64,000 nucleotides of DNA from an uncultured Clostridia bacterium (GCA_944388935.1 CALXKK010000004.1:17732-81731), one strand, 5' to 3'; shown: positions 51,601-61,799, numbered from the stretch's first letter. Made by a program: numbers and translations. The notes: a model not told the origin generated them from the letters alone.

Positions 51601-51674
51601 ATTACCTCCAATACAAATTAGTTCAACTAACAATTACAAACCAATTATAGCATATTATGTAGATTACATCAAAT
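51601..51674 (-). promoter_or_regulatory. Conserved promoter/leader of cassette 2
   Basis: Minus strand TTGATG-N17-TATAAT with TGn extension. Confidence 0.8.
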
Positions 51675-51760
51675 AATAAAGGTAGAAAAGGAAATGATTG
51701 ATAATTACTCACCTTAGTGGTATTATATAGAAAATTTAGTAAGTCAATCAAGGAGTAACT

Positions 51761-52357
51761 ATGGTAGAAAATTTTATAGAAAAAATAGAGATAGAGGATG
51801 AAATTAACAATGAAGTAATAGAAGGTATTTCAAAAAAGAATCTTAGTATATACAAAAAAGATATAAATCATTCTAAATTTATACATACAGAAATAATTGA
51901 TAGTGAGTTAGAAAAAGTATATTTTAAGGATGTAACTTTTGATAATTGTAATTTTTCTAATACTTCTTTTGAAACTTGTAGCTTTATAAATTGCAAATTT
52001 GTAAATTGTAAAATGACTGGATGTAGTTTTATAGAAAATACATTTATGTCAGTGCACATAAAAGATTCAAACTTAAATTATGCAAATATGTCCAATACTA
52101 ATTTTAATAATTTAAAATTAAAAGATACAACATTTATAAACTCATATATACAAGATTCAATTTTGAAAAATACGAAATTTGATAATATTGACTTTACAAA
52201 ATCACAAATATTTAATACTCGTTTAAAAGACATAGATTTGTCAACATGTATAATACAAGGTTTATCAACAACATTAGCAGATATAAAAGGTGCTATAATA
52301 AATGAACTTCAAATTATGGATTTGGCATATCTATTAAATATAAAAATAAAAGATTAG
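51761..52357 (+). CDS. Pentapeptide repeat protein
   Basis: VTFDN CNFSN TSFET CSFIN CKFVN repeats. Confidence 0.9.
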   Translation: MVENFIEKIEIEDEINNEVIEGISKKNLSIYKKDINHSKFIHTEIIDSELEKVYFKDVTFDNCNFSNTSFETCSFINCKFVNCKMTGCSFIENTFMSVHIKDSNLNYANMSNTNFNNLKLKDTTFINSYIQDSILKNTKFDNIDFTKSQIFNTRLKDIDLSTCIIQGLSTTLADIKGAIINELQIMDLAYLLNIKIKD

Positions 52358-52366
52358 GAGGAAAAA

Positions 52367-52648
52367 ATGATTAAACATATAGTAATGTGGAAATTTAAAG
52401 AAAATACAGAAAAAGAAATGAATGAATTTTTAGAAGGATTAAAAGCTTTAGAAAATCAAATTAAAGAGATAAAAAGTATGCAAGTTGGCAAAAATATTGA
52501 TAATGATGAATATGATGCAATTCTAATTTCTGAGTTCGAAAATCTAGAAGATTTACAAAAATATAAAACAGATCCAAGGCATGTTAGAGTTTCTAATATG
52601 TGCAAAGAAATTAGAACAAAAAGAACTGCATTTGATTTCGAGGAATAG
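52367..52648 (+). CDS. Dabb (stress-responsive A/B barrel) protein
   Basis: MIKHIVMWKFK...Y..DPRH. Confidence 0.85.
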   Translation: MIKHIVMWKFKENTEKEMNEFLEGLKALENQIKEIKSMQVGKNIDNDEYDAILISEFENLEDLQKYKTDPRHVRVSNMCKEIRTKRTAFDFEE

Positions 52649-52706
52649 GCTTTTTGTCTATTCTTTTATAATGTAATGGATAAAAAGACAAATAAAGGAG
52701 GAGTAA

Positions 52707-54185
52707 ATGTCAATAATTCAAATTAAAGGTTTAAATTTTAGATATGATGGTGGATTTAAAGATATTTTTGAAAATGTAAATTTAAATATAGATACAAATT
52801 GGAAACTTGGTTTAATAGGTAGAAATGGAAAAGGAAAATCTACTTTACTAAAAATATTATGTGGAGAATTAAAATTTAATGGAAAAATAATAAAGAATGT
52901 AGAAATTGATTATTTCCCTTTCAAAGTAGATGAGGATAAATTAACATTGAAAATAATTCAAGAATTATGCATGGCAGAAGATTGGGAAATAATAAAAGAA
53001 TTAAATATTATGAATTTTGATATAGAAGCATTGTATAGAAATTTTTCAACATTAAGTGGTGGCGAAAAAATTAAAGCTATGCTTGTAGCCCTGTTTTTAA
53101 AAGAAAATAATTTCTTATTAATAGATGAGCCTACTAACCATCTAGATGAACAATCAAAAGTAGATGTGGAAAATTATCTAAAGAACAAAAAAGGATTTAT
53201 TTTGGTTTCTCATGATAGAAATTTGCTAAATGCATTAACAGACCATATTATGGCTATAAACAATTCAAATATAGAAATCATTCAAGGTAATTATTCTGTT
53301 TGGAAAGAAGCTTTTGATAGACAAAATGATTTTGAAATGAAACAAAATGAAAAGCTAGGAAAAGAAATAAAAAAATTAGAAAGAGCCAGCAAAGAAAGTA
53401 AAAAGTGGTCTAATGCAGCAGAAAAAGAAAAGCAAAACAAAACAGGTAGTAAAGAATCTATAGACAGAGGATTTCTTGGACATAAAGCTGCTAAAATAAT
53501 GAAAAAATCAAAAATACTTGAAGAAAGAAAAAATAAAAATATTGAAGAAACAAAAAAGTTGTTAACTAATTTGGATAAAGTAGAAAAACTAAAAATTGTC
53601 CCATTAGTATACGAAAAAAGAGAATTGATAACGGCAACAAATTTTCAAATTATATATAATAAGCCTTTATTTAAACCACTTGATTTTTCTGTTCAAAATG
53701 GTGATAGAATTTATATTAAAGGAAAAAATGGTGCTGGAAAATCTAGTATTATAAAAGCAATTGTTAATAAAGATACAAATTATACAGGAAGCTTAAATAT
53801 TGGAAATAATTTAAAAATTTCTTATGTGCCACAAGATACAAATAACTTAAAAGGTTCATTAAAATCATTTGCAATAGAAAACAAATTAAACGAGTCTATT
53901 TTTAGAGCTATGTTAGTGAAAATGGGAATAAGCAAAGAAGAAATGGAAAATAACTTAGAAGACTTAAGCGAAGGTCAAAAAAAGAAGATATTGTTAGGTA
54001 AAAGCATATCAGAAAATGCGCATATATACATTTGGGATGAACCATTAAATTATATAGATATAATAACTCGTGAACAAATAGAAAATATGATTTTAGAATA
54101 TATGCCTACTCTTCTATTTATTGAGCATGATGAGATGTTTTGTGAAAAAGTAAGTAATAAACCACCTATAATTTTAGAAAACTAG
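52707..54185 (+). CDS. ABC-F ribosomal protection-like ATPase (Lsa-like)
   Basis: F.YDG..IFENV...IDTNWKLGLIGRNG.GK; two NBDs; GFLGHKAAKIMK linker; YIWDEPLNYID. Confidence 0.85.
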   Translation: MSIIQIKGLNFRYDGGFKDIFENVNLNIDTNWKLGLIGRNGKGKSTLLKILCGELKFNGKIIKNVEIDYFPFKVDEDKLTLKIIQELCMAEDWEIIKELNIMNFDIEALYRNFSTLSGGEKIKAMLVALFLKENNFLLIDEPTNHLDEQSKVDVENYLKNKKGFILVSHDRNLLNALTDHIMAINNSNIEIIQGNYSVWKEAFDRQNDFEMKQNEKLGKEIKKLERASKESKKWSNAAEKEKQNKTGSKESIDRGFLGHKAAKIMKKSKILEERKNKNIEETKKLLTNLDKVEKLKIVPLVYEKRELITATNFQIIYNKPLFKPLDFSVQNGDRIYIKGKNGAGKSSIIKAIVNKDTNYTGSLNIGNNLKISYVPQDTNNLKGSLKSFAIENKLNESIFRAMLVKMGISKEEMENNLEDLSEGQKKKILLGKSISENAHIYIWDEPLNYIDIITREQIENMILEYMPTLLFIEHDEMFCEKVSNKPPIILEN

Positions 54186-54264
54186 ATAATTCTTTAGGAT
54201 TTTCTTGAATTAAAGAGCCAAAAAGAGTATAATAAAGACGGAAAAATTAGATAGGAGTAGATAA

Positions 54265-55020
54265 ATGCCTAAATTTTTTGTAAAAACAGAAAATCTAAAA
54301 GAAAATGAAGAAATATGGATTACGGGTGATAATGTAAATCATATAAAAAATGTACTAAGAAAAAAAGTTGATGATAAACTTAATATTTGTAATTCAGATA
54401 CTAGTACAAATTATGAATGTGTTATCAGAAGTATAGAAGAAAATAAAATAGTTTGTAAAATCCTAAATGAATTGAAAAGTAAATCGGAAGCAGATTTGAA
54501 CATCACAATTTTTCAAGGATTGCCAAAAGCAGATAAAATGGAATTAATAATTCAGAAATGTACAGAATTAGGAGTAAAAAAGATTATTCCTGTAATTACA
54601 AAAAGAACAGTTGTTAAGTTAAAGGAAAAAGACAAACAAAACAAATTAAATAGATGGCAGAAAATTGCTGAAGTTGCAGCAAAGCAATCTGGACGAGATA
54701 TAATTCCAACAATAGGAAATATAATAGATATATCAAACATAGATTTTGATGGGTATGATAAAATCCTTGTATTATATGAAAATGAGGAAAAAACAAGTAT
54801 AAAAGCAGAAATAGAGAAATTAAAGAATAGTGGCAAAGAAAATTTAAATATAGGAATTGTTATTGGTCCAGAAGGTGGATTTGAACAAAAAGAAATTAAT
54901 AAAATAAAAGAAAATAAAAATGTATCTATAGTAACATTAGGAAAAAGAATTTTAAGAACAGAAACAGTAGCATTAGTAGTAAGCGGAATATTAATGTATG
55001 AACTAGGAGATTTAAATTAA
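54265..55020 (+). CDS. rsmE: 16S rRNA m3U1498 methyltransferase
   Basis: HIKNVLR, KADKMELIIQKCTELG, IGPEGGF, LGKRILRTET. Confidence 0.95.
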   Translation: MPKFFVKTENLKENEEIWITGDNVNHIKNVLRKKVDDKLNICNSDTSTNYECVIRSIEENKIVCKILNELKSKSEADLNITIFQGLPKADKMELIIQKCTELGVKKIIPVITKRTVVKLKEKDKQNKLNRWQKIAEVAAKQSGRDIIPTIGNIIDISNIDFDGYDKILVLYENEEKTSIKAEIEKLKNSGKENLNIGIVIGPEGGFEQKEINKIKENKNVSIVTLGKRILRTETVALVVSGILMYELGDLN

Positions 55021-55032
55021 GGAGTGTTAAAT

Positions 55033-55926
55033 ATGTCTAAAAAGAATAAAAAAGCAAATAAAAATCAAGCGAAAAAAACAACTAATACTACAAAAGAAAT
55101 AATGCAAGAGAACGAGAATAAAGAAGAAATAAAGGAAAAAGTGCAAGAAGCAGATAAAAAAGAAAATAATGCTGAAGTAAATAAACAAACAGAAGAAAAA
55201 ACAAGAGATAAAAATGATGATAAAAAAGCCAAGAAAACAAAAGACGAAAAACTAAAAGACGAGAAAGCAGAAAAAATAGTAGCTGAAATAGAAAAAGAAA
55301 AGAAAAAGAACAAAAACATGTCAAAAGAATATGAGAAAAAAGCGAATAAAAACATCTTTAGAAACATCATAATTGCAATTGTTATATTAGCATTTTGTAT
55401 ACTAAAAATATTGGGATATATGAATATAAGAGAAGATATTTTTGTTGTAGATTTAAAAGTCTTTAGTATATCAATTTTAGTATTTTCAATTATTTTATTC
55501 GAAAGAAGCTACAAAACTATAAATTTAACTTTATTTACTCATGGCTTGGAAGCACTGTTTGTAGCAATCGTAACTTTGTGCGAAGTATATATTTATCAAT
55601 TATTTATAGATAAATTTGTTATGGTTATAGCAATAGAAGCTTTACTAATATCTGTATATTATATAATTAAGTGTATCAGAATATATAGTAAAACTAAGAA
55701 AGAATATTTAAAAAGCTTAAATGATATAAGTGAAATTGTTAAAGAAGAAAAAATCATAAGAATAGAAACTCATAGAAAAAGGAATAAAAAAGATAAAGAG
55801 CAAAAAGAAAATAAAGAAAAGCAAGAAGATAAGAAAGATAAGGAAGTAAACCAAAAAGAAGAAACTAACACAAATAAAAAAGATAAAAAGAATAATTCAA
55901 ATAAAAAATCAAAAAAGAAAAAATAG
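55033..55926 (+). CDS. Hypothetical membrane protein with charged low-complexity termini
   Basis: Four TM segments flanked by K/E-rich tails. Confidence 0.7.
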   Translation: MSKKNKKANKNQAKKTTNTTKEIMQENENKEEIKEKVQEADKKENNAEVNKQTEEKTRDKNDDKKAKKTKDEKLKDEKAEKIVAEIEKEKKKNKNMSKEYEKKANKNIFRNIIIAIVILAFCILKILGYMNIREDIFVVDLKVFSISILVFSIILFERSYKTINLTLFTHGLEALFVAIVTLCEVYIYQLFIDKFVMVIAIEALLISVYYIIKCIRIYSKTKKEYLKSLNDISEIVKEEKIIRIETHRKRNKKDKEQKENKEKQEDKKDKEVNQKEETNTNKKDKKNNSNKKSKKKK

Positions 55927-55938
55927 GAGTGCAAAAAA

Positions 55939-56820
55939 ATGATACGAAGTATGACAGGATTTGGAAGAGGTTTTTATTCTACTACAGAAAGAGAGTATAC
56001 TGTAGAAATTAAATCTGTAAACCATAGGTATGCAGATGTTAATATAAAACTTCCATATGTTTTAAGTTTTGCAGAGGAGAAAATAAAGAAGAAGATTTTA
56101 GACAAAATAGAAAGAGGAAAAATAGATGTTAGTATAACTTTTGTAAATAATAGTGATTTAGGTAAGAAAATAACTATTAATAAAAGTTTAGCAAAAACAT
56201 ATATCGAAGAATTAAGAAAACTACAAGAAGAAAATAATATAATTGATGACATTTCTACTATGAAAATATCTAGATTGCCAGATGTTTTAAATATTCAGCA
56301 AGATGATAATTCTGATATTTTATGGGAAGAATTGGATAAAGCATTAGAGGAGGCAATTAATTCTTTAGTTGTGGCTAAAGAAAAAGAAGGCAATAAATTA
56401 GCTGAAGATTTGTTAAACAGATTAAATATTATAGAAGAGAATATTTTAAAAGTTTCAGAATATTCTACTGGACTTATTGAACAATATGTAGTAAAATTAA
56501 GGGACAGAATAAAAGAAATGCTACAAACAGATATTGTGGATGAAGCAAGAATTTTACAAGAGGTAGTTCTATATGCAGATAAATCATCAATAGAAGAAGA
56601 AATCACAAGACTAAAAAGTCATGTTGCACAATTTAGAGAACTATTGCAATCTGAAAGTATTAAAAAAACAGGAAAAAGGCTAGATTTTATAATACAAGAG
56701 ATGAATAGGGAAATTAACACAATAGGTTCTAAGTCAAATTGTTTGGAAATAACAAACTTAGTAATAGACCTAAAAACTGAACTTGAAGATGTAAGAGAAC
56801 AAGTTCAAAATATAGAATAG
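55939..56820 (+). CDS. yloC: YicC/YloC endoribonuclease
   Basis: MIRSMTGFG, KSVNHRY, GKRLDFIIQEMNREINTIGSK, REQVQNIE. Confidence 0.95.
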   Translation: MIRSMTGFGRGFYSTTEREYTVEIKSVNHRYADVNIKLPYVLSFAEEKIKKKILDKIERGKIDVSITFVNNSDLGKKITINKSLAKTYIEELRKLQEENNIIDDISTMKISRLPDVLNIQQDDNSDILWEELDKALEEAINSLVVAKEKEGNKLAEDLLNRLNIIEENILKVSEYSTGLIEQYVVKLRDRIKEMLQTDIVDEARILQEVVLYADKSSIEEEITRLKSHVAQFRELLQSESIKKTGKRLDFIIQEMNREINTIGSKSNCLEITNLVIDLKTELEDVREQVQNIE

Positions 56821-56833
56821 GAAGTGATTTTTA

Positions 56834-57082
56834 ATGCAATTAGTAAATATTGGTTTTGGCAATATAGTATCTGCAAATAGAATTATAGCAATAGTAAGCC
56901 CGGAATCTGCACCAATAAAAAGAATGGTTCAAGAGGCTAAAGACAAAGGTACTGCAATAGATGCTACATATGGTAGAAGAACAAGAGCTGTACTTATTAC
57001 AGATTCAGATCATTTAATACTTTCTGCTTTGCAACCGGAAACAGTAGCATCAAGATTAGATAAAAATTTAGAAAATAATTAA
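56834..57082 (+). CDS. remA: RemA/DUF370 regulator
   Basis: [38 protein letters not shown]. Confidence 0.95.
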   Translation: MQLVNIGFGNIVSANRIIAIVSPESAPIKRMVQEAKDKGTAIDATYGRRTRAVLITDSDHLILSALQPETVASRLDKNLENN

Positions 57083-57095
57083 AGGAGGAATTATA

Positions 57096-57284
57096 ATGTT
57101 AGTTAAACCATCTGTAACAGATTTATTAACAAAGGTAGACAACAGATATACTTTAGTAATTATGGTGTCTAAAAGAGCTAGACAAATAGCAGCAGGAAAA
57201 CCAACTGTAACAAATGTAAAATCTAATTCAGCTGTAACACTAGCAACTAATGAGGTAGCTGAAGGAAAGGTGGTATTATGTTAG
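57096..57284 (+). CDS. rpoZ: RNA polymerase omega subunit
   Basis: PSVTDLL.KVDNRYTLV..SKRARQI. Confidence 0.9.
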   Translation: MLVKPSVTDLLTKVDNRYTLVIMVSKRARQIAAGKPTVTNVKSNSAVTLATNEVAEGKVVLC

Positions 57285-57853
57285 TTATACTATCTGGTGT
57301 TGCTGGAGCTGGTAAAAATACAATTCAAAAAGAATTAATAAAAAGAATGGAAAATGTAATTGCTATACCTTCTTATACAGACAGAGAAATTAGACCTGGA
57401 GATGTGCCAGGGGAAACATATAATTTTGTCTCAACAGAAGAGTTCGAAAGAATGATAAGAGACCACGAATTATATGAATACGATGTACATCACAATCATT
57501 ATTATGGAACATCAAGGAAAATTCTAAACGAAAAAATGAAAGAAGGAAAAGTCATCGTAAAAGATATCGATGTAAATGGAACTCAGAATTTAATAGAGTT
57601 ATTAAAAGAAGATACAAAAGTAGTAACTATATTCTTAAGAGTCCCAAAAAGTGAATTACAAAGAAGATTAGAAAGTAGAATAGATAATCCAAGTCCAAAA
57701 GAAATTCAATTAAGATTAAACAGATTTGATTACGAAGAGTCAAAAATTAGTCTATATGACTATGTAATAAAAAATAATGATTTAGAGAAAACTGTAAGCA
57801 TTATACAAAAAATAATCGAAGAAGAAACGAAAGTAGAAAATCCAGAATTTTAA
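57278..57853 (+). CDS. gmk: Guanylate kinase
   Basis: SGVAGAGKNT, YNFVSTEEF, YYGTS, DIDVNG, YDYVIKN. Confidence 0.9.
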   Translation: MLVILSGVAGAGKNTIQKELIKRMENVIAIPSYTDREIRPGDVPGETYNFVSTEEFERMIRDHELYEYDVHHNHYYGTSRKILNEKMKEGKVIVKDIDVNGTQNLIELLKEDTKVVTIFLRVPKSELQRRLESRIDNPSPKEIQLRLNRFDYEESKISLYDYVIKNNDLEKTVSIIQKIIEEETKVENPEF

Positions 57854-57943
57854 TGGACTTATTGTTTAAGATATTGTTGTTCTATCTATTTCATAGTTTT
57901 ATGGGGTTAGAAAAGAATAAATAATATCTTTTTTTATATCATC

Positions 57944-57971
57944 GGGATTTAGGGACGGTTCTAAAAATCCC
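57944..57971 (+). repeat. REP-like palindromic unit
   Basis: GGGATT-tAGGGACGGTTCTaaa-AATCCC; related GACAGGGGACCGTT at about 58015-58028. Confidence 0.7.
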
Positions 57972-58051
57972 TTTTTAAAGCCGTGGTCGGAATCTTTTGT
58001 TCCGTTTTAACAAAGACAGGGGACCGTTACCAAATTCTTGGAGGAGAAGAA

Positions 58052-60292
58052 ATGATAGCAGAAATTATTATAGATTCCAGTGTAAAAACTCTTAATAGAA
58101 TATTTGATTATAACATACCAAAAGAAATGGAAGACAACATATCTATAGGTAGCAGGGTGCTCATTCCTTTTGGAAGAAGCAAGAAGTTAGAAGAAGGTTT
58201 TGTAACAAATATTAAGGAAAGTACAGATTTTGAGGTAAAAGATATTGCAAAAATAGAGGAACAATCATTGTCAACAGAAAAAATTGCTTTATCAAAATGG
58301 ATGGCAAAAAGATATTTTTCTAATGTCTCAGAATGTATGAAACTAATGCTAAGACCGGGTACTACAACTAAAAATTTTGCGAACAGAATGAGGGATAAAA
58401 CAGCATTATTCGTAAGTTTAAATATGCCAAAAGAACAAGTATTACAGTATATAGAGGATAAAAAAATAAAATCCGAAAAGCAAAAAGCAATTTTATATTA
58501 TGTAATACAAGTAGGTTCTGTTATGCAGGCTGAATTAATAGAAAAAACAAATACTTCTAGAGGAATAATAAAAACATTAGAAAAAAATGGATTCTTAAAA
58601 ATACAGCAACAAAAGGTAGTAAGAAATCCTTTAAGTAATAAGAAAATTAATAGAACTAAAAATCTAAAATTTACAGAAGAACAAGAGTTGGCATATTCAA
58701 AAGTAGAAGAATCAATAGATAACAATGAATATAAGAAATTCTTGTTGTATGGAGTTACTGGTTCTGGTAAAACAGAAATATATTTACAATTAATAGAAAA
58801 AATAGTTGAACAAGGTAAAAGTGCAATAATGTTAGTACCAGAAATTTCGTTAACACCTCAAATGATTAATAGGTTTATAGAAAGATTTGGAAAAGAAATA
58901 ATATCTGTTTTACATAGCAAGTTGTCCATTGGAGAAAGACATGATAGTTGGGAAAGAATTGAAAATGGAGAAGCAAAGATAGTTATTGGAGCAAGGTCAG
59001 CAATTTTTGCACCAGTACAGAATCTGGGAATAATAATAATAGATGAAGAGCACGATTCTTCGTATAAATCAGAAATGGCACCAAGATATAATGCAAAAGA
59101 AGTAGCAACTGAGATTGCAAAATATAATAAAATTCCTCTTTTGCTAGGTAGTGCAACTCCGGATATAAAAACTTTTTACGAAGCACAAAATGGTAAAATA
59201 GAACTTTTAAGATTAACTAAAAGGGCTAATAATTCTAATTTGCCAAATATACAAATAGTAGATTTAAGGCAAGAACTTGCAAATGGCAACAAGACAATGA
59301 TTAGCTTTAAATTACATAAATTGATAGAAGAAAATTTAAAAAATAAAAAACAGACAATTCTTTTCTTAAATAGGAGGGGTTTTTCTACATTTATAATGTG
59401 TAGAGATTGCGGATATGTTGCAAAATGTAAAAATTGTAACATAAGTCTTACATACCATAAAAAAGAAGGAAAACTAAAATGCCACTATTGTGGATACGAA
59501 GAGCCTTTAATAACAGTATGTCCAAATTGTGGGAGTAAGAAAATAAGGCATTTTGGAACAGGAACGCAAAAATTAGAATTAGAAATAAATAAAATGTTCC
59601 CTAAGGCATCCACTATTAGAATGGATATAGATACAGTAACGAAGAAGAATTCTCATGAAGAAATATTAAGAAAATTTAATGAAGAAAAAATAGATATATT
59701 AATAGGAACTCAAATGATTGTTAAAGGACACCATTTCCCAGATGTTACGTTGGTTGGAGTGGTTTCTGCGGATGGAAGTTTAAATATAGATGATTATAGA
59801 GCTAGTGAAAGAACATTCGATTTACTTGTACAAGTTGCAGGAAGAGCTGGAAGAGAACATTTGCCAGGTAATGTAATTATTCAAACATATAATCCAGATA
59901 ATTATAGTATTCAATATGCTAAAAAACAAAATTATGAGGACTTTTACAATATAGAAATAAAGTTAAGAAAGCAATTGAGATATCCGCCTTTTTGTGATAT
60001 AATAATGTTTGGAATAAGTGGTGAACAAGAAGAAATTGTTACAAAAACAGCTAATGAATTATTCAATAATTTAGATAAAAATATAAAAGAGGCAAATATA
60101 TCTGCTAACCTTTTAAAACCTTTGCCTGCACCAATAGACAGAATAAAAAACAGGTTCAGATGGAGAATTATTATGAAAACAAATATAAATGATAAATTAA
60201 TAGAAATTATTAATAATTGTTTATATGATAAAGAATTGTTAAAAAATAATGCGAGAGTTATTGCAGATATAAATCCTACAAACATGATGTAG
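58052..60292 (+). CDS. priA: Primosomal protein N'
   Basis: GVTGSGKTE, VPEISLTPQ, DEEHD, four CxxC pairs, QVAGRAGR; GGAGG RBS before ATG58052. Confidence 0.97.
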   Translation: MIAEIIIDSSVKTLNRIFDYNIPKEMEDNISIGSRVLIPFGRSKKLEEGFVTNIKESTDFEVKDIAKIEEQSLSTEKIALSKWMAKRYFSNVSECMKLMLRPGTTTKNFANRMRDKTALFVSLNMPKEQVLQYIEDKKIKSEKQKAILYYVIQVGSVMQAELIEKTNTSRGIIKTLEKNGFLKIQQQKVVRNPLSNKKINRTKNLKFTEEQELAYSKVEESIDNNEYKKFLLYGVTGSGKTEIYLQLIEKIVEQGKSAIMLVPEISLTPQMINRFIERFGKEIISVLHSKLSIGERHDSWERIENGEAKIVIGARSAIFAPVQNLGIIIIDEEHDSSYKSEMAPRYNAKEVATEIAKYNKIPLLLGSATPDIKTFYEAQNGKIELLRLTKRANNSNLPNIQIVDLRQELANGNKTMISFKLHKLIEENLKNKKQTILFLNRRGFSTFIMCRDCGYVAKCKNCNISLTYHKKEGKLKCHYCGYEEPLITVCPNCGSKKIRHFGTGTQKLELEINKMFPKASTIRMDIDTVTKKNSHEEILRKFNEEKIDILIGTQMIVKGHHFPDVTLVGVVSADGSLNIDDYRASERTFDLLVQVAGRAGREHLPGNVIIQTYNPDNYSIQYAKKQNYEDFYNIEIKLRKQLRYPPFCDIIMFGISGEQEEIVTKTANELFNNLDKNIKEANISANLLKPLPAPIDRIKNRFRWRIIMKTNINDKLIEIINNCLYDKELLKNNARVIADINPTNMM

Positions 60293-60306
60293 AAAAGGAG
60301 GAAAAA

Positions 60307-60780
60307 ATGGCAATAAGATTAATAAGACAAAATGGTGATGAAATATTAAGAAAAAAGGCAAGAGTGGTAGAAAAATTTGATGATAAATTAAAAGAGCTTG
60401 CGGATGATATGATAGAAACTATGCACAAAAATAACGGAGTAGGTTTAGCTGCTCAACAAGTTGGAATTCTTAAAAGATTAGTTGTAATTGACATATATGA
60501 TGGAAAAGGACCAATTGTATTGGTAAACCCAGTAATTACAAAGAAAAAGGGTGAACACGAAGTGGAAGAAGGTTGCTTAAGTTTTCCAAATGAGTTTGCA
60601 GTACTTATAAGACCAAAAGAAGTAGAAGTTGAATACTATGATTTAGAAGGAAATAAGAAAAAATTAAAAGCAAAAGATTTATTAGCACAAGCTATTTGCC
60701 ACGAGACAGAGCATTTAGACGGAATATTATTTATAGATAATATGTTGCCTGGAACATTAGAGGTAGTACAACCAGAATAA
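60307..60780 (+). CDS. def: Peptide deformylase
   Basis: GVGLAAQQVG, EGCLS, HETEHLDG. Confidence 0.95.
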   Translation: MAIRLIRQNGDEILRKKARVVEKFDDKLKELADDMIETMHKNNGVGLAAQQVGILKRLVVIDIYDGKGPIVLVNPVITKKKGEHEVEEGCLSFPNEFAVLIRPKEVEVEYYDLEGNKKKLKAKDLLAQAICHETEHLDGILFIDNMLPGTLEVVQPE

Positions 60781-60797
60781 ATTTATTTTAAAGGAGA

Positions 60798-61799
60798 ATG
60801 TTGATGTTAAAAGTATTGTTTATGGGAACTCCAGATTTTGCAAAAGAATCATTAAAAAGTATTTATGATGCAGGTTTCGAGATTATTGGAGTAGTTACAA
60901 ATCCAGATAAACCTAAAGGAAGGGGTATGAAACTTACATCTTCACCTGTAAAAAAATATGCAATGGAAAAGGATTTGCCAATTTATCAACCAATAAAAGT
61001 AAAGAAAAACGAAGAATTTATAAATGAGATTAAAGAATTAAATCCTGATGTTATATGTGTTGTAGCATATGGAAAAATATTGCCAAAAGAAATTTTAGAA
61101 ATTCCAAAATTCGGATGTGTAAATGTACATGGATCATTACTTCCAAAATATAGAGGAGCTGCGCCAATTCAATGGGCAGTGCTAAACGGAGACAAAACTA
61201 CTGGTATTACTACAATGTATATGAACGAAGGCATGGATACTGGAGATATAATTCTAAAAAAAGAAGTAGAAATTGGAGAAGATGAAACAACAGGAGAATT
61301 ATGGGACAGACTTTCTAAAATTGGAGGAGAACTTTTAGTAGAAACATTAAAATTAATAGAAACCGGAAAAGCTCCAAGAGAAAAACAAACAGGAGAAAGT
61401 TCGTTAGCACCAATGCTTAGTAAAGAAATGGCATTAATAGATTGGGAAAGTTCTGATGTTTATAAAATTCATAATTTAATAAGAGGACTTAACCCAATTA
61501 TGGGAGCATACTCTTATGTAAATGGTAAAAAAGTAAAATTTTGGAAAGCAAAAGCAATAAGCAAAGAAGAATTCTTTACTTATAAAACAGAATTTCTAGA
61601 ATACGAAAGCAAATTCGATAGATTAGTCCCTGGAACGATTTTAATAGCTGATGCCAAAGATGGCTTATATATAAGAGCTAAAGAAGGTGTTTTAAAAGTA
61701 TTAGAGATTCAAGGAGAAAATGCAAAACGAATGGCTACTCCAGATTTTTTAAGGGGAAATCACCTAACAGCAGGCATGATATTTTCTAAAGAGAGATAA
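60798..61799 (+). CDS. fmt: Methionyl-tRNA formyltransferase
   Basis: FMGTPDFA, NVHGSLLPKYRGAAPIQ, MDTGD. Confidence 0.97.
   Translation: MLMLKVLFMGTPDFAKESLKSIYDAGFEIIGVVTNPDKPKGRGMKLTSSPVKKYAMEKDLPIYQPIKVKKNEEFINEIKELNPDVICVVAYGKILPKEILEIPKFGCVNVHGSLLPKYRGAAPIQWAVLNGDKTTGITTMYMNEGMDTGDIILKKEVEIGEDETTGELWDRLSKIGGELLVETLKLIETGKAPREKQTGESSLAPMLSKEMALIDWESSDVYKIHNLIRGLNPIMGAYSYVNGKKVKFWKAKAISKEEFFTYKTEFLEYESKFDRLVPGTILIADAKDGLYIRAKEGVLKVLEIQGENAKRMATPDFLRGNHLTAGMIFSKER

Noticed and set aside
46530-51674. Cassettes as IS elements or ends of a composite transposon
   Set aside because: No DDE, HUH or recombinase motifs, no terminal inverted repeats, and the copies are too divergent in coding sequence.
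55033-55926. K/E-rich repeats and antisense ORFs
   Set aside because: Low-complexity coding sequence, not a discrete repeat element.
57983-58051. N-terminal extension of PriA from GTG57983
   Set aside because: A strong GGAGG precedes ATG58052, and the extension covers repeat-derived sequence.
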